From Stenomitos sp. (GTDB lineage: Bacteria; Cyanobacteriota; Cyanobacteriia; Leptolyngbyales; Leptolyngbyaceae), in contig JBGTJW010000684.1 of the NCBI GenBank assembly GCA_041744955.1, forward strand, positions 1-16,324: a DNA stretch of 16,324 nt, written 5' to 3'. The position numbers and the translations under genes are program-made. A model generated the notes under the pieces. It made no database searches. It saw only the letters and a list, made by a program, of their open reading frames with translations, and had not been told where the DNA came from. Shown piece by piece: positions 1 through 7,495 of this stretch. Within the stretch, counting starts at the first letter, position 1. The number at the start of each line of letters is the position of its first letter.

Positions 1-1
1 G

Positions 2-214
2 CCGTTTTACTTTTCCATTCCAGTCAACCCGATCGGCGTACCAGATTTACTCAATTCGATTTTTGGGCAAATCAACACTGCCCTCGGACAAGCGAGAAAT
101 GCTGAACAGGACAAGCGCGACAAAATTGAAGGGGTGCTGAGAAGCTTGCTGCTGCCAACGTTTGACGAAGCAGGCAGACGATCGCCAGACTCGTTTCCGC
201 CACCCAATCAGTAA
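2..214 (+). CDS. C-terminal part of a CDS running in from the left window edge; hypothetical protein
   Basis: Open + frame from the window edge to TAA at 212-214, reading PFYFSIPVNPIGVPDLLNSIFGQINTALGQARNAEQDKRDKIEGVLRSLLLPTFDEAGRRSPDSFPPPNQ*. More protein-like than the opposing minus ORFs; same direction as the following genes. Confidence 0.5.
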   Translation, partial: PFYFSIPVNPIGVPDLLNSIFGQINTALGQARNAEQDKRDKIEGVLRSLLLPTFDEAGRRSPDSFPPPNQ

Positions 215-404
215 GCCGCCGCCAATGCTGTCTCTGAGAACGCGCTGAGTGCGGGCTGAGAGCCTTAGCGGTATAAATTCAGGTAACTTCCTGCTGGGCT
301 TCAGAGAGGTTTCAGTGCTAGCTGCGATGCTGTGAACAGTGAATCGATCGCGGTTCCTCCAAAACGCCACAAGCACTAGCTGAATCTCTAATTAGGAGTG
401 ACTC

Positions 405-782
405 ATGAAATTAGCTTCTCTACTCACAGGCATGGCAATGGTTGGCTTGGTTACCGTTGGTGATGCGTCTTTCAAAGCGTTCAATCTTTCAAGCATTGGG
501 GTTGCTCATGCCGCAGAAACGAAGCAAGCAGGACCCACTGCTAAAGAGAAAATTGCTCTGATCACTAAAAACAAAGGACAAATTGGCAGTGGCGACCAAC
601 TCCGTCGCTTTTTCTACGGCGAACTAGACCCAGTTGGTATTCAGGTGGGTGGTGGTGGTCATGTTGTGAACCTGTACAACAAAACCAACGATGTCACTTT
701 TTCCTACTGTTCTCACTTTGATGTCGTGGTTGCCGTGAAAAAAGGAAAAGTGACGCAGTTTCTAGCCAGCGAAGTGAAATAG
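405..782 (+). CDS. Small secreted hypothetical protein
   Basis: 125 aa ORF with an N-terminal hydrophobic signal-like segment ending near AHAAE, and a GAG just upstream (gtgactcATG). Confidence 0.75.
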   Translation: MKLASLLTGMAMVGLVTVGDASFKAFNLSSIGVAHAAETKQAGPTAKEKIALITKNKGQIGSGDQLRRFFYGELDPVGIQVGGGGHVVNLYNKTNDVTFSYCSHFDVVVAVKKGKVTQFLASEVK

Positions 783-919
783 GTCACGTAATCCAAGTGC
801 TTAACCGAAGCGGAAGTGACGATCGATCACTTTTGTATGCGCGTCTTGACCTGCTGTAAGCTGATCGCGCACCCGCGCCTATTCATCCCACTCAACTACC
901 GATTAAGGATAAAACCATC

Positions 920-1192
920 ATGAAAGCAAAGATGTTGTGTCTTGTGGCTAGTCTGGCAATAGCGGGTCTAGCGGCTTGTTCCAGTCCCCCCGCTGCTAAT
1001 CAGGCATCACCCAGCAGCGCTCCTGCCGCTAGCACCAGTCCAGATGCGATGAAAGGCGATGCCATGAAAGGTGACGCAATGCAAGGCGATGCGATGAAGG
1101 GTGACGCGATGAAAAAGGATGCTACTACGAAGGGTGACGCGATGAAGAAAGATGGTGACGCGATGAAGAAAGACGCACCGACAAAGCCATAG
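920..1192 (+). CDS. Met-rich pentapeptide-repeat lipoprotein (MXKDX-repeat type)
   Basis: N-terminus MKAKMLCLVASLAIAGLAAC|SSPP has a lipobox (LAAC); the C-terminal half is MKGDAMKGDAMQGDAMKGDAMKKDATTKGDAMKKDGDAMKKDA. Resembles the known small 'pentapeptide MXKDX repeat' family. Confidence 0.8.
   Translation: MKAKMLCLVASLAIAGLAACSSPPAANQASPSSAPAASTSPDAMKGDAMKGDAMQGDAMKGDAMKKDATTKGDAMKKDGDAMKKDAPTKP
1049..1176 (+). repeat. Degenerate 15-bp in-frame tandem repeat (ATGAARGGYGAYGCN) encoding the MKxDA units
   Basis: Successive atgaaaggcgatgcc / atgaaaggtgacgca / atgcaaggcgatgcg / atgaagggtgacgcg units visible in the sequence. Confidence 0.85.
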
Positions 1193-1362
1193 TCGATCGC
1201 GTCGTTGGGGTACACAACAGGTAATCAGTCTGTGCCCCGACTTAGTGCTTGGTTTCATGCCAATCAACTTGACTTTAGAGTGCGGCAGGGAGCATTGCTT
1301 GGACGTTCAGGAGCCAAGAGCCAGCAGTCGAGACCTTCTTATCACCGTTTGGAAGGATAGCA

Positions 1363-1989
1363 ATGGAAAAACTTTCGCAGAGCAAACGACGGCTGCTGCT
1401 CTATCTTGGTTTAGGAGTAGCAGGCGCAGGCGCAGCAACGGTCTTCGGCGCTGTTTCCCAAAAGGTAATCCCATCTGCATCGATCACCACCATTGATCCG
1501 TTACCTGCAAATAGTGCTGCGCCTCAAGCCGTCACGAAAAATAGTGCGATCGCTGCTAGTAAGGAACTACCAGACTTTCAGGGCATTGGTCAGTGGTTGA
1601 ATTCGGCTCCACTCACTGTGCGTGACCTTAAAGGCAGCGTCGTTTTAGTACAGTTTTGGACGTTTTCTTGCATCAACTGCCAGCGTACATTGCCTTCGAT
1701 CGTGCGATGGCATCAGCAGTACGCCGCCCAGGGGCTAAAGGTGATCGGTATCCACACGCCAGAATTTGCTTTTGAGCGTGATGCTAACAACGTCAAACAG
1801 GCGTTGCAAAAGCATCAAATTACTTACCCTGTACCGATCGACAACGACTTCAAAACCTGGAAAGCCTACAGCAATGAGTATTGGCCGCATCTCTTTCTAG
1901 CCGATCGTCAAGGGTTACTGCGCTACGACCACATTGGCGAAGGTGCATACGACACAACTGAGCAAACGATCCGCAGACTTTTGGGCTAA
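1363..1989 (+). CDS. Membrane-anchored thioredoxin-like (TlpA/DipZ C-terminal type) protein
   Basis: WTFSCINCQRTLP CxxC motif in a redoxin fold context (VVLVQFWTFSC...VIGIHTPEF); N-terminal SKRRLLLYLGLGVAGAGAA anchor/signal. Confidence 0.88.
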   Translation: MEKLSQSKRRLLLYLGLGVAGAGAATVFGAVSQKVIPSASITTIDPLPANSAAPQAVTKNSAIAASKELPDFQGIGQWLNSAPLTVRDLKGSVVLVQFWTFSCINCQRTLPSIVRWHQQYAAQGLKVIGIHTPEFAFERDANNVKQALQKHQITYPVPIDNDFKTWKAYSNEYWPHLFLADRQGLLRYDHIGEGAYDTTEQTIRRLLG

Positions 1990-2128
1990 TTAAACCTTTT
2001 GAGTTTTGCCTGCTGCTAAAAGCGGATTGAACAAGTTCCTTCACGTCCATTGACCACAGGAAACCCTCTGCACGGCTGCGGTCGGTCTTCAACCTTACTC
2101 TCTCGTTCCTAAGCGTTGCTGTTCAACC

Positions 2129-2818
2129 ATGAATGTTTCACTTTCAGCAGGGCTTGCCTTCCTGGGTGGTGTATTGACGGTACTTTCGCCCTGTGTCTTG
2201 CCTCTTTTGCCTGTGTTGGTGGGACGATCGCTTCAGTCTCATAAAGCGGGTCCGATCGCTCTGGTAATGGGGCTGGTCAGTGGTTTTGCAGTGATGGGCA
2301 GTTTACTTGGCTTTACCGCAAGCTGGTTTACCGGACTCGCTAATGCTTTGCGCTATGGGGCGATCGCGATCCTGTTAGCCTTAGGGCTGCTGGCAGTCTT
2401 CCCCAACTGGAGCTATCGGCTCTTCAACTATCTTCCTCTTAGCCGTTGGACAAAAGAACCCATGCGTCCTGGTCTGGTTGGTGAATTTTGGTTGGGCACG
2501 CAACTGGGTCTACTATGGACTCCCTGCGCGGGTCCTGTACTGGGTGGCATTCTAGTGTTAGCAGCCGTGCAGCATGATGTCATCAATGCGTTTGGTCTAC
2601 TGGTTGCCTACGGGATGGGTGCGGCGTTGCCCCTGCTCACGATCGCGTATGGTGGACGAGCCTGTAGCCAACGCTTGCTTGCACTTCATAGCCATAGTGC
2701 TACCTTGAGACGGGTCGGTGGTGTGATGATTGTAGTAACGGCGATCGCCATTTTGCTCGGCTGGGATATTCAGGTTCAGCTTTGGCTCTCGCCATTGTTT
2801 CCCCCTTTACCGCTTTAA
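2129..2818 (+). CDS. CcdA/DsbD-like transmembrane thiol-disulfide transporter
   Basis: Multiple hydrophobic helices with the two typical Cys motifs LSPCVLPLLPVL and LLWTPCAGPVLGGIL. Confidence 0.9.
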   Translation: MNVSLSAGLAFLGGVLTVLSPCVLPLLPVLVGRSLQSHKAGPIALVMGLVSGFAVMGSLLGFTASWFTGLANALRYGAIAILLALGLLAVFPNWSYRLFNYLPLSRWTKEPMRPGLVGEFWLGTQLGLLWTPCAGPVLGGILVLAAVQHDVINAFGLLVAYGMGAALPLLTIAYGGRACSQRLLALHSHSATLRRVGGVMIVVTAIAILLGWDIQVQLWLSPLFPPLPL

Positions 2819-2848
2819 GTACAACTTCGTCACAGGACAGCACCACCC

Positions 2849-3574
2849 ATGTCAACGTCCATAACGCTTCTTTCCCGCTCCTTACGCAGATTGTCTATTC
2901 TGTCTCTAGTAGCGCTTGCCCTTATTGGCGGTGCGTTCTATCTCAGGTTGTCTCGATCGAGTGCTGAAACGCCACTGTCTATTGTGCAGGGAGCGTTTCC
3001 TGATCCGGCAGTCAATCTGCCAGCGACCCAGGCAAAGGGAATGCAGACTGCGGTTTTGGCAGGTGGTTGCTTCTGGGGCGTAGAGGCAGTGTTTGAACAT
3101 CTCAATGGCGTTTCAGATGTGGTCTCTGGCTATGCGGGCGGCAGTGCAGAGACAGCAAATTATGGGCTGGTCAGCTTTGGGCAAACGGGTCATGCCGAGT
3201 CTGTGAAAGTGACGTACGATCCCGCAAAGATTTCCTACGGACAGTTGCTCAAAGTCTACTTTGCGGTGGCGCATGACCCGACGCAGGTCAATCGGCAGGG
3301 TCCTGATGCCGGGAAACAATACCGTTCAGCTATCTTTTTTGAGAATGATGAACAGAAGCGAGTCGCGCAGGCATATGTCGATCAACTCAACCAGGCAGGC
3401 ACCTTCCGCAAGCCGATCGCCACTCAGCTAGCGCCGTTGAACGGTTTTTATGCGGCTGAAGCAAACCATCAGGACTTCATCGATCGCAATCCAAACCATC
3501 CCTATGTCGTGATTCATGACTTGCCAAAGCTCAAACAGCTCAAGGAACAGTTTGTCGCTCTTTACAAAAACTAA
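2849..3574 (+). CDS. msrA: Peptide-methionine (S)-S-oxide reductase MsrA with N-terminal membrane anchor/signal
   Basis: Catalytic AGGCFWGVEAVFEHLNGV, SGYAGG, HAESVKVTYDP, NHPYVV motifs; N-terminal hydrophobic helix RRLSILSLVALALIGGAFYL. Confidence 0.95.
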   Translation: MSTSITLLSRSLRRLSILSLVALALIGGAFYLRLSRSSAETPLSIVQGAFPDPAVNLPATQAKGMQTAVLAGGCFWGVEAVFEHLNGVSDVVSGYAGGSAETANYGLVSFGQTGHAESVKVTYDPAKISYGQLLKVYFAVAHDPTQVNRQGPDAGKQYRSAIFFENDEQKRVAQAYVDQLNQAGTFRKPIATQLAPLNGFYAAEANHQDFIDRNPNHPYVVIHDLPKLKQLKEQFVALYKN

Positions 3575-3595
3575 GTCTTCATTGGTCGCAGCTTT

Positions 3596-4198
3596 ATGGA
3601 AGCCTCTGTCCCTGCTAAACGTCAACCTAAAACACCCAGTCAGGCGATCGCGGCAAAAGCCTTTCACTGGATCAATCTTCTTAGCCTGCTGTTGATGATC
3701 ACCAGTGGGCTACGCATTTATAACGCAAACCCTGTGTTTGGCGGACGAGCAGGCTGGCATTTTCCACCGTTCCTCGTGATTGGTAACGGGTTAGCAGAAG
3801 GGCGAGACTGGCACTTCGCTATCATGTGGGTGTATGCGCTCAACCTCCTCTGCTACGGGCTTTATATTCTCATCACACGGCGCTGGCAGCATCGCTTTGC
3901 TAACAGCAATGATCTAAAAGCAGTGCAGGTCAGCCAAAACGAAAAGCGCAAAAATTATGCTCTGCATCGGTTAGTTTATACCGCGATCGTGCCCCTTTTG
4001 CTGTTGGCGATCGCCAGCGGTTTAGCGATGTACAAACCCGCTCAACTATACTGGCTAGCGGCACTTTTTGGCGATTGGCAAACTCTCCGCACGGTTCACT
4101 TCATCACAGTACCGATCGTGCTTCTCTTTACCTTTGTCCACTCGTTTCTTGCCCTCAGAGTCGGCACTTTTCGCCTTATTAAATCGATGTTTGTCTAA
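3596..4198 (+). CDS. Cytochrome b561 / Ni-hydrogenase cytochrome b-like membrane protein
   Basis: Four hydrophobic helices with His positions (KAFHWINLL, DWHFAIMW, VHFITVPIV, VHSFLALRVG) typical of di-heme cytochrome b/b6-domain proteins that partner with molybdoenzymes. Confidence 0.82.
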   Translation: MEASVPAKRQPKTPSQAIAAKAFHWINLLSLLLMITSGLRIYNANPVFGGRAGWHFPPFLVIGNGLAEGRDWHFAIMWVYALNLLCYGLYILITRRWQHRFANSNDLKAVQVSQNEKRKNYALHRLVYTAIVPLLLLAIASGLAMYKPAQLYWLAALFGDWQTLRTVHFITVPIVLLFTFVHSFLALRVGTFRLIKSMFV

Positions 4199-4202
4199 AA
4201 AT

Positions 4203-4919
4203 ATGAACCTGATCCTCCCTAAACGCACGTCTCGCCGTCGGTTACTGCAATGGTCTGGTCTGTCTGGAGCGGGGCTGTTGTTGAATGGCTGCGCGTCGTC
4301 GCTGTTTGCAGAGCAGGTAGGGCAGCTTTCTGAGCCGTTAAACCAGAGCGTTGAAGCACTGATGCTGTCACAAAAAGCGGTGCCAGAATTTCCTGCGAAT
4401 GCGATCGATCCAGCGGAAAAACTCATCATCAATTCCTTTGACTTTGTGCCTAAGCTTGATCCCACCCAGTTTCGTTTGACGATCGATGGTGAGGTTGAGC
4501 GACCCCTGCAACTAAGCCTCAACGATCTACAGAAATTGCCGCTTACCACCATGAATGTTCGCCATGTTTGCGTTGAAGGCTGGGCGGCGATTGTGCAGTG
4601 GAATGGTGTGCGCTTACAGGAACTAGCGCTGTTGGCGCAGCCCAAAGCCGATGTTCGCTACGTCTATTTCAAATCTGCCGATGGTTACTACGAAAGCTGG
4701 GATCTTGCTTCTGCGGTGCATCCCCAAACGCTGATGGCATACCAGCGCAACGGGCAGCCGCTCTCAGTTGCGAACGGTGCGCCGCTGCGTCTCGCCTCAC
4801 CCATCAAACTGGGCTACAAGTTAAGTAAATGGGTGACTCAAATCACCTTTTTGAGCCAGTTAACGCCAATGAAAGGCTACTGGGAAGACCAGGGCTATGA
4901 ATGGTTTGCTGGACTTTAG
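4203..4919 (+). CDS. Exported molybdopterin-dependent oxidoreductase (sulfite oxidase/MsrP (YedY) fold)
   Basis: Start preferred at ATG 4203 (MNLILPKRTSRRRLLQWSGLSGAGLLLNGCASS = twin-arginine signal plus lipobox) rather than the track start at 4068. Conserved MNVRHVCVEGWAAIVQWNGVRL with the Mo-ligand-type Cys; YYESWDL, GAPLRL, GYKLSKWV motifs. Confidence 0.9.
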   Translation: MNLILPKRTSRRRLLQWSGLSGAGLLLNGCASSLFAEQVGQLSEPLNQSVEALMLSQKAVPEFPANAIDPAEKLIINSFDFVPKLDPTQFRLTIDGEVERPLQLSLNDLQKLPLTTMNVRHVCVEGWAAIVQWNGVRLQELALLAQPKADVRYVYFKSADGYYESWDLASAVHPQTLMAYQRNGQPLSVANGAPLRLASPIKLGYKLSKWVTQITFLSQLTPMKGYWEDQGYEWFAGL

Positions 4920-4994
4920 CGCGTGACTAAAACGATTTCTGAGCCGGATCTACAGACTATCTCAATGACGTTCACAGCAGGTTTGAGCAGTCAC

Positions 4995-5747
4995 TTAAAG
5001 CCTTTGTAAAAGGTTCAAGCCGTGGGTATCGGTGCCACAGGTGTTAAGTAGATTGAAGGTATCACTGAGTCGGTGGACTTGTCTGGTTTGCTCAGGGCTG
5101 GGCTGCCAGGGTTGAGAGTTGTTGTAGGCATAGTACGTTTCAACGCCATCAATGCCAAAACGAGCCACTTCGGGGATTAACACTTCGGGCGATCGCTTGT
5201 AACGTGCTGGATGTGCCAACACTGCCAAACCACCAGCAGCATGAATAGCGCTGATCACTCGTTCAGCCTTTGCGTCGTCTCCCATCGGTGCATGGCGCTG
5301 TAAATAAGGCTGCATAGAAGGGCTTTCTGGGTTAAACGCATAACCGAGGATATGTACTTCTATGTCTAGCAGTTGGGATGTGATTTCTACACCAACCCAA
5401 AGTTGAGGCAAGGCACGATCGCCCGCTGGCTCTAACGGCTGTTCATCGAGCCAACGCTGTACAAGGCGATAACCGTTAACCGAATGGTGGTCAGTGATGG
5501 CAAACCCTTGCAGCCCGATCGCGATCGCCTGCTGCACCAATAGCTCTGGCTGCAACTGTCCGTCAGAGTTTACCGTGTGCATATGAAAATTAAACGTTCT
5601 GGGGCAACTGCCAGCGTGAATCTGCTCAAACACGTGCCGCAGCGCTACAGCGTTCTGTGCAGCAGGGATGGACGAATGTGACGCTGGAGCCAGTTTGACA
5701 GACATAGGTGCCTCAAAAAGAGATGGGCTTGTTTTGCTTACATACAT
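4995..5747 (-). CDS. PHP-domain metal-dependent phosphoesterase
   Basis: FNFHMHTVNSDG, AITDHH, LAHPARY, CGTDTHG metal-ligand motifs. Alternative start at about 5705 (MSVKLAPAS...). Confidence 0.88.
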   Translation of the reverse strand: MYVSKTSPSLFEAPMSVKLAPASHSSIPAAQNAVALRHVFEQIHAGSCPRTFNFHMHTVNSDGQLQPELLVQQAIAIGLQGFAITDHHSVNGYRLVQRWLDEQPLEPAGDRALPQLWVGVEITSQLLDIEVHILGYAFNPESPSMQPYLQRHAPMGDDAKAERVISAIHAAGGLAVLAHPARYKRSPEVLIPEVARFGIDGVETYYAYNNSQPWQPSPEQTRQVHRLSDTFNLLNTCGTDTHGLNLLQRL

Positions 5748-5909
5748 ATCTTAACTGCTGTCGATCGAGAGTTTGAGCGATCGGGTTGACCACAGACAGC
5801 CGCACAAAAATTAGCAGCAAAGAGAATTGCTGAATGGTTGCCTCGCCTGACAACTACTTAGCAGTCCTAGCTTTAGAAAGCGATGGGTACAGCCCAGTTT
5901 TGCAAATTT

Positions 5910-6024
5910 GCCCTCAGCCCCTAGCCCTTTCTCGCAAAACGAGAGAAGGAGAGCCGATTCAAAGCCCCTCTTCCGTTTCGTAGAGGGCTGAAAGCCTTGC
6001 GGCATCAAAGAAAAGGGTGAGGGC
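5910..6024. repeat. Composite imperfect inverted-repeat element, probable dispersed intergenic cyanobacterial repeat
   Basis: Ends GCCCTCA (5910-5916) and TGAGGGC (6018-6024) are inverted; internal hairpins CCTTTCTCG-caaaa-CGAGAGAAGG and AGCCCCTCT...AGAGGGCT. The overlapping minus ORF 5811..6008 looks non-coding. Confidence 0.5.
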
Positions 6025-6055
6025 TACAAAGGTAGAATGTACTCAAAGCGATCGA

Positions 6056-6970
6056 CTAAGCAGACGGTTCTCTTGTCGCAGGTTTCGCTGACGGCACACT
6101 CTTACGGTTCAATCCACCCAAAAACATCGGGACGAATTTTTCTATAAACGCTTGGGGATCGCGCTTCCATGCCCGTTGAGCGATGTCAATGCGGGTTAGC
6201 TGCAAGTCGGGTGCCAGCAAAGTTTGGGGCAACCGTTCCATCAAGTATTGGGGACGCTCCCAAACTGACATTGTGTTGGCAATGTCTAGCAGATTGGACA
6301 CGCGACGTAGTTCCGCTCCCAACGTGATATCCATACCGGATTCAAAGGCAGCTTGCTCGATCGCCGAGTACCGTTGCTTTGCCGTTTCTACCTTCTGACG
6401 ATTTTCTGGGCTTTGATCCGCTAGTTTCGCTAGCCAGCGGTTGCCCCAGCGCACGTGTCCTGCTTCTTCAGGAAAGATCCGCTCGATCGTCTCACGAATT
6501 TTGATGTTTTCTTCGGTTTGCGGTGCCTGCTTCAGCGCATAGATGTGCGCCGAGAAATACTCACAGCCGCGCTTTTCGGTGACGTTAATGGCTGCCAGGG
6601 TTGAAATCAGAAACCCATCCAGGTCATTGTCTGCGTCATGGAGTTCTGCATCCAGCAGGCGCTCAAATTCCTGAATGTAGGAGGAACCCGGCGGGGTGCC
6701 GACGCTGGAACCAAGGTCTACCAGTAAATCGGTGAGCCACATGGCATGACGGGCTTCATCAGAAATATGCCGCGACAAGTCTTTAATCAATTCAGGAGAT
6801 TTGCCATCAAGCTGCTCAATCAAATTGGTGAGATCTTTGCAGCTTCGTTGTTCGCTGTAGCGGTAGCGGTTGAGCGTGATGAGGTGAATTTCACGATCGC
6901 GCACAACCTGACCCAGAATCTCACGTGCGCCTAGAGCTTTACTAAGTTTGCGGGGGTAAGCAACAGTCAT
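6056..6970 (-). CDS. Ferritin-like domain protein (di-iron-type helical bundle)
   Basis: Start chosen at MTVAYPRKLSKAL (6970) rather than 7078. Glu/His-bearing helices: REIHLITLNRYRYSEQR, HISDEARHAMWLTDLLV, TEKRGCEYFSAHI, IFPEEAGHVRWGNRWL. Confidence 0.75.
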   Translation of the reverse strand: MTVAYPRKLSKALGAREILGQVVRDREIHLITLNRYRYSEQRSCKDLTNLIEQLDGKSPELIKDLSRHISDEARHAMWLTDLLVDLGSSVGTPPGSSYIQEFERLLDAELHDADNDLDGFLISTLAAINVTEKRGCEYFSAHIYALKQAPQTEENIKIRETIERIFPEEAGHVRWGNRWLAKLADQSPENRQKVETAKQRYSAIEQAAFESGMDITLGAELRRVSNLLDIANTMSVWERPQYLMERLPQTLLAPDLQLTRIDIAQRAWKRDPQAFIEKFVPMFLGGLNRKSVPSAKPATREPSA

Positions 6971-7074
6971 TGTTTTCTCTTGTTGGGTGTTCTTATCTGT
7001 TGAGTCGTTATTGACGATCGTAGTAATCGTGCCAAGCAGCTTCAATAAGCTGATGCTAAATCTGAAGCAACAGT

Positions 7075-7221
7075 TCAATGGGCAAAGGGTTTTGCTTCGC
7101 GCTGTAACAGTGCAACGAAGAGATTGTTCAACTGAGTGCTAACCGCTTTATGTGCCAGACCAAAATAGCTTTTACCTTCCTGGAAAGCCTGGTACGCCAG
7201 CTTTGTTAAAGTGTCAGGCAT
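7075..7221 (-). CDS. Possible small hypothetical protein (48 aa)
   Basis: MPDTLTKLAYQAFQEGKSYFGLAHKAVSTQLNNLFVALLQREAKPFAH; amphipathic and protein-like, just upstream of the ferritin-like gene on the same strand. Confidence 0.4.
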   Translation of the reverse strand: MPDTLTKLAYQAFQEGKSYFGLAHKAVSTQLNNLFVALLQREAKPFAH

Positions 7222-7381
7222 TGGATGTAAGAAAATACGATCGACTGTAAACGATTGTAACGAATCCCTTCCGTAAATGCCGCAGAGGGTGAACAAATCT
7301 GCCTTTTGGTAGGAAGACGATCGCTGGATTTACATCCACCTAACGCATACAGACAACCCGTACGAGACCTGGATAAGAAAG

Positions 7382-7449
7382 AGCGGCGATCGCGCCCTGA
7401 ACCTCAAACGTTACCCGCAGGTAAAAGAGGTAGAGGAGCGATCGCCGCT
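7382..7449. terminator. Long stem-loop downstream of glnA; possible terminator or RNA structure
   Basis: Perfect 12-bp arms AGCGGCGATCGC (7382-7393) / GCGATCGCCGCT (7438-7449), with nested ACCTC/GAGGT and TTACC-CGCA-GGTAA pairings. Begins about 46 nt past the glnA stop; no strong T-tract. Confidence 0.45.
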
Positions 7450-7495
7450 AGATGGTAGATGTGTCGTTACTGGTTGTTACCAACAGTTGTACTGT

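Noticed and set aside
7-376. Minus ORFs 7..207 and 47..376
   Set aside because: Overlap a more protein-like + strand C-terminus (2..214) and lack recognisable motifs.
1049-1176. Short direct repeats considered as a CRISPR-like array
   Set aside because: 15-bp contiguous in-frame units with no spacers; they are coding repeats.
1000-1267. Minus-strand ORFs 1000..1215 and 1007..1267, one with SPFFIASP-type repeats
   Set aside because: Shadow frames of the + strand MKxDA repeat gene; the repetitiveness comes from the sense-strand array.
1245-1496. Plus ORF 1245..1496
   Set aside because: Overlaps the redoxin start in another frame, no motif, poor composition.
5811-6008. Minus ORF 5811..6008
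   Set aside because: Falls on the palindromic intergenic repeat; sequence is typical of translated repeat DNA.
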